Source of the DNA: a virus
Lineage: Duplodnaviria > Caudoviricetes
DNA: 54,092 nt
IMG/VR virus record: IMGVR_UViG_3300047557_001894
Span: 1 to 54,092 of that record
Direction: 5' to 3' (one strand)
The position numbers were made by a program, and so were the translations under genes. The notes below the pieces were generated by a model. It saw only the letters and a list, made by a program, of their open reading frames with translations. It searched no databases and was not told the origin of the DNA. This document shows, one piece after another, positions 53,360 through 54,092 of this stretch. Position 1 is the stretch's first letter. Every line of letters starts with the position of its first letter.

Positions 53360-54092
53360 CGGCGCCCCCGAGCGCGCAAGAGCGCTTCCATCACGCCCTG
53401 CTCCTCCGTCGGGCGATCCGACATATCGCGTCGGCGCGGCACTGGCGTTGACGTTGGCCGCGGTCGGCGGTCGGGAACCGACGTGCGCTTGCCAGGACTC
53501 GACGCCTGCTCGCCGCGAAGGAGCTGGTTCGTCTCCGCGCCCAGCAGGTCGTTGCGCACCACGAAGTAGTTTTGGAACTCGAAGCTCACGTTGAGCCCTT
53601 CGAGCGCCCAGGTGTAGTTGACGCTGGAGACGCGAAAGAAGTTCTGGATGCGCTGGATGCTCCCTCGCGAAGTCGCGAGGATCGCACGGGCCATTCGTTC
53701 GCTGCCGATGCGCTCGGTGATCTCTCGCAGCTCTTGCGCGAAGGGCTGCCGAAAGTGGTCGGCCGCATCGTTCGGGTTTGCCGCGCCGCGCAGGTTGCCG
53801 TCGAAGTAGAACTCCACCGCGTCACCAGGGCGCAAGCGGAGCAAGTCGGGGTCTTCGTTGCCAGCGCCGAAGCTGGACAAGTCCTTCGACTCGCACGTTC
53901 CGCCCATCTCGTTGCGCCCGATCTCGTTGAAGAGAGCCTGCGCAATGGTCAGCAGACGCTCGCGGTCGCGCACACCGTAGACGGGCACGTTCAACAAGTC
54001 GGTCTGTGACTGGCCCCCCGAAGGGGCCACACGGTTACGTGCCGCCGCCTCGACTTGGCGCGACAGGGGAGCAGAGGGCGGCGGCACGTAAC
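53356..54092 (-). CDS. Probable baseplate hub protein, C-terminal part (truncated by window)
   Basis: Directly upstream of the spike; LRPGDAV...FRVSSVNYTW..G..VSFEF. Confidence 0.6.
   Translation of the reverse strand, partial: YVPPPSAPLSRQVEAAARNRVAPSGGQSQTDLLNVPVYGVRDRERLLTIAQALFNEIGRNEMGGTCESKDLSSFGAGNEDPDLLRLRPGDAVEFYFDGNLRGAANPNDAADHFRQPFAQELREITERIGSERMARAILATSRGSIQRIQNFFRVSSVNYTWALEGLNVSFEFQNYFVVRNDLLGAETNQLLRGEQASSPGKRTSVPDRRPRPTSTPVPRRRDMSDRPTEEQGVMEALLRARGRR

Noticed and set aside
47068-54092. eCIS/T6SS/tailocin locus instead of a phage
   Set aside because: The baseplate genes are contiguous with a complete phage replisome, tRNA and lysis cassette.

Overview
This is a 54 kb internal segment of a high-GC tailed dsDNA phage (roughly two-thirds G+C by eye). 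The contractile baseplate genes suggest a myovirus, and no host genes, integrase or att site are visible. Two convergent arms meet at a strong hairpin terminator near 35.87 kb. The + arm (1-35.8 kb) carries an early/accessory block: a MoxR-type AAA ATPase C-terminus, a radical SAM enzyme, a peptidase-like/vWA protein, many small ORFs and an ECF sigma factor. It then carries a replication/recombination block: SF2 helicase, DnaB-like helicase, primase, HIRAN, tRNA-His, UDG-fused PolA, gp32-like SSB, an Mre11/Rad50-like pair, a resolvase and two ParB-like proteins. The - arm (35.9-54.1 kb) carries baseplate hub/spike/wedge genes, a tail fibre, a Dam methylase and a lysis cassette, with one opposite-strand HNH endonuclease. 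The most striking unexplained structures are four. (i) Nine small genes at 8.1-12.7 kb have unrelated N-termini but share one C-terminal W-x10-R-x2-hydrophobic helix, and an ECF sigma gene is embedded among them. (ii) A repeated intergenic hairpin, CGGTAG-[covarying stem]-TCTCCGTGA, lies between early genes. (iii) A tRNA-like mini-element has only acceptor and T arms. (iv) A 15-bp hairpin occludes the RBS upstream of the Dam cassette. All family assignments come from motif recognition by eye; no searches were run.
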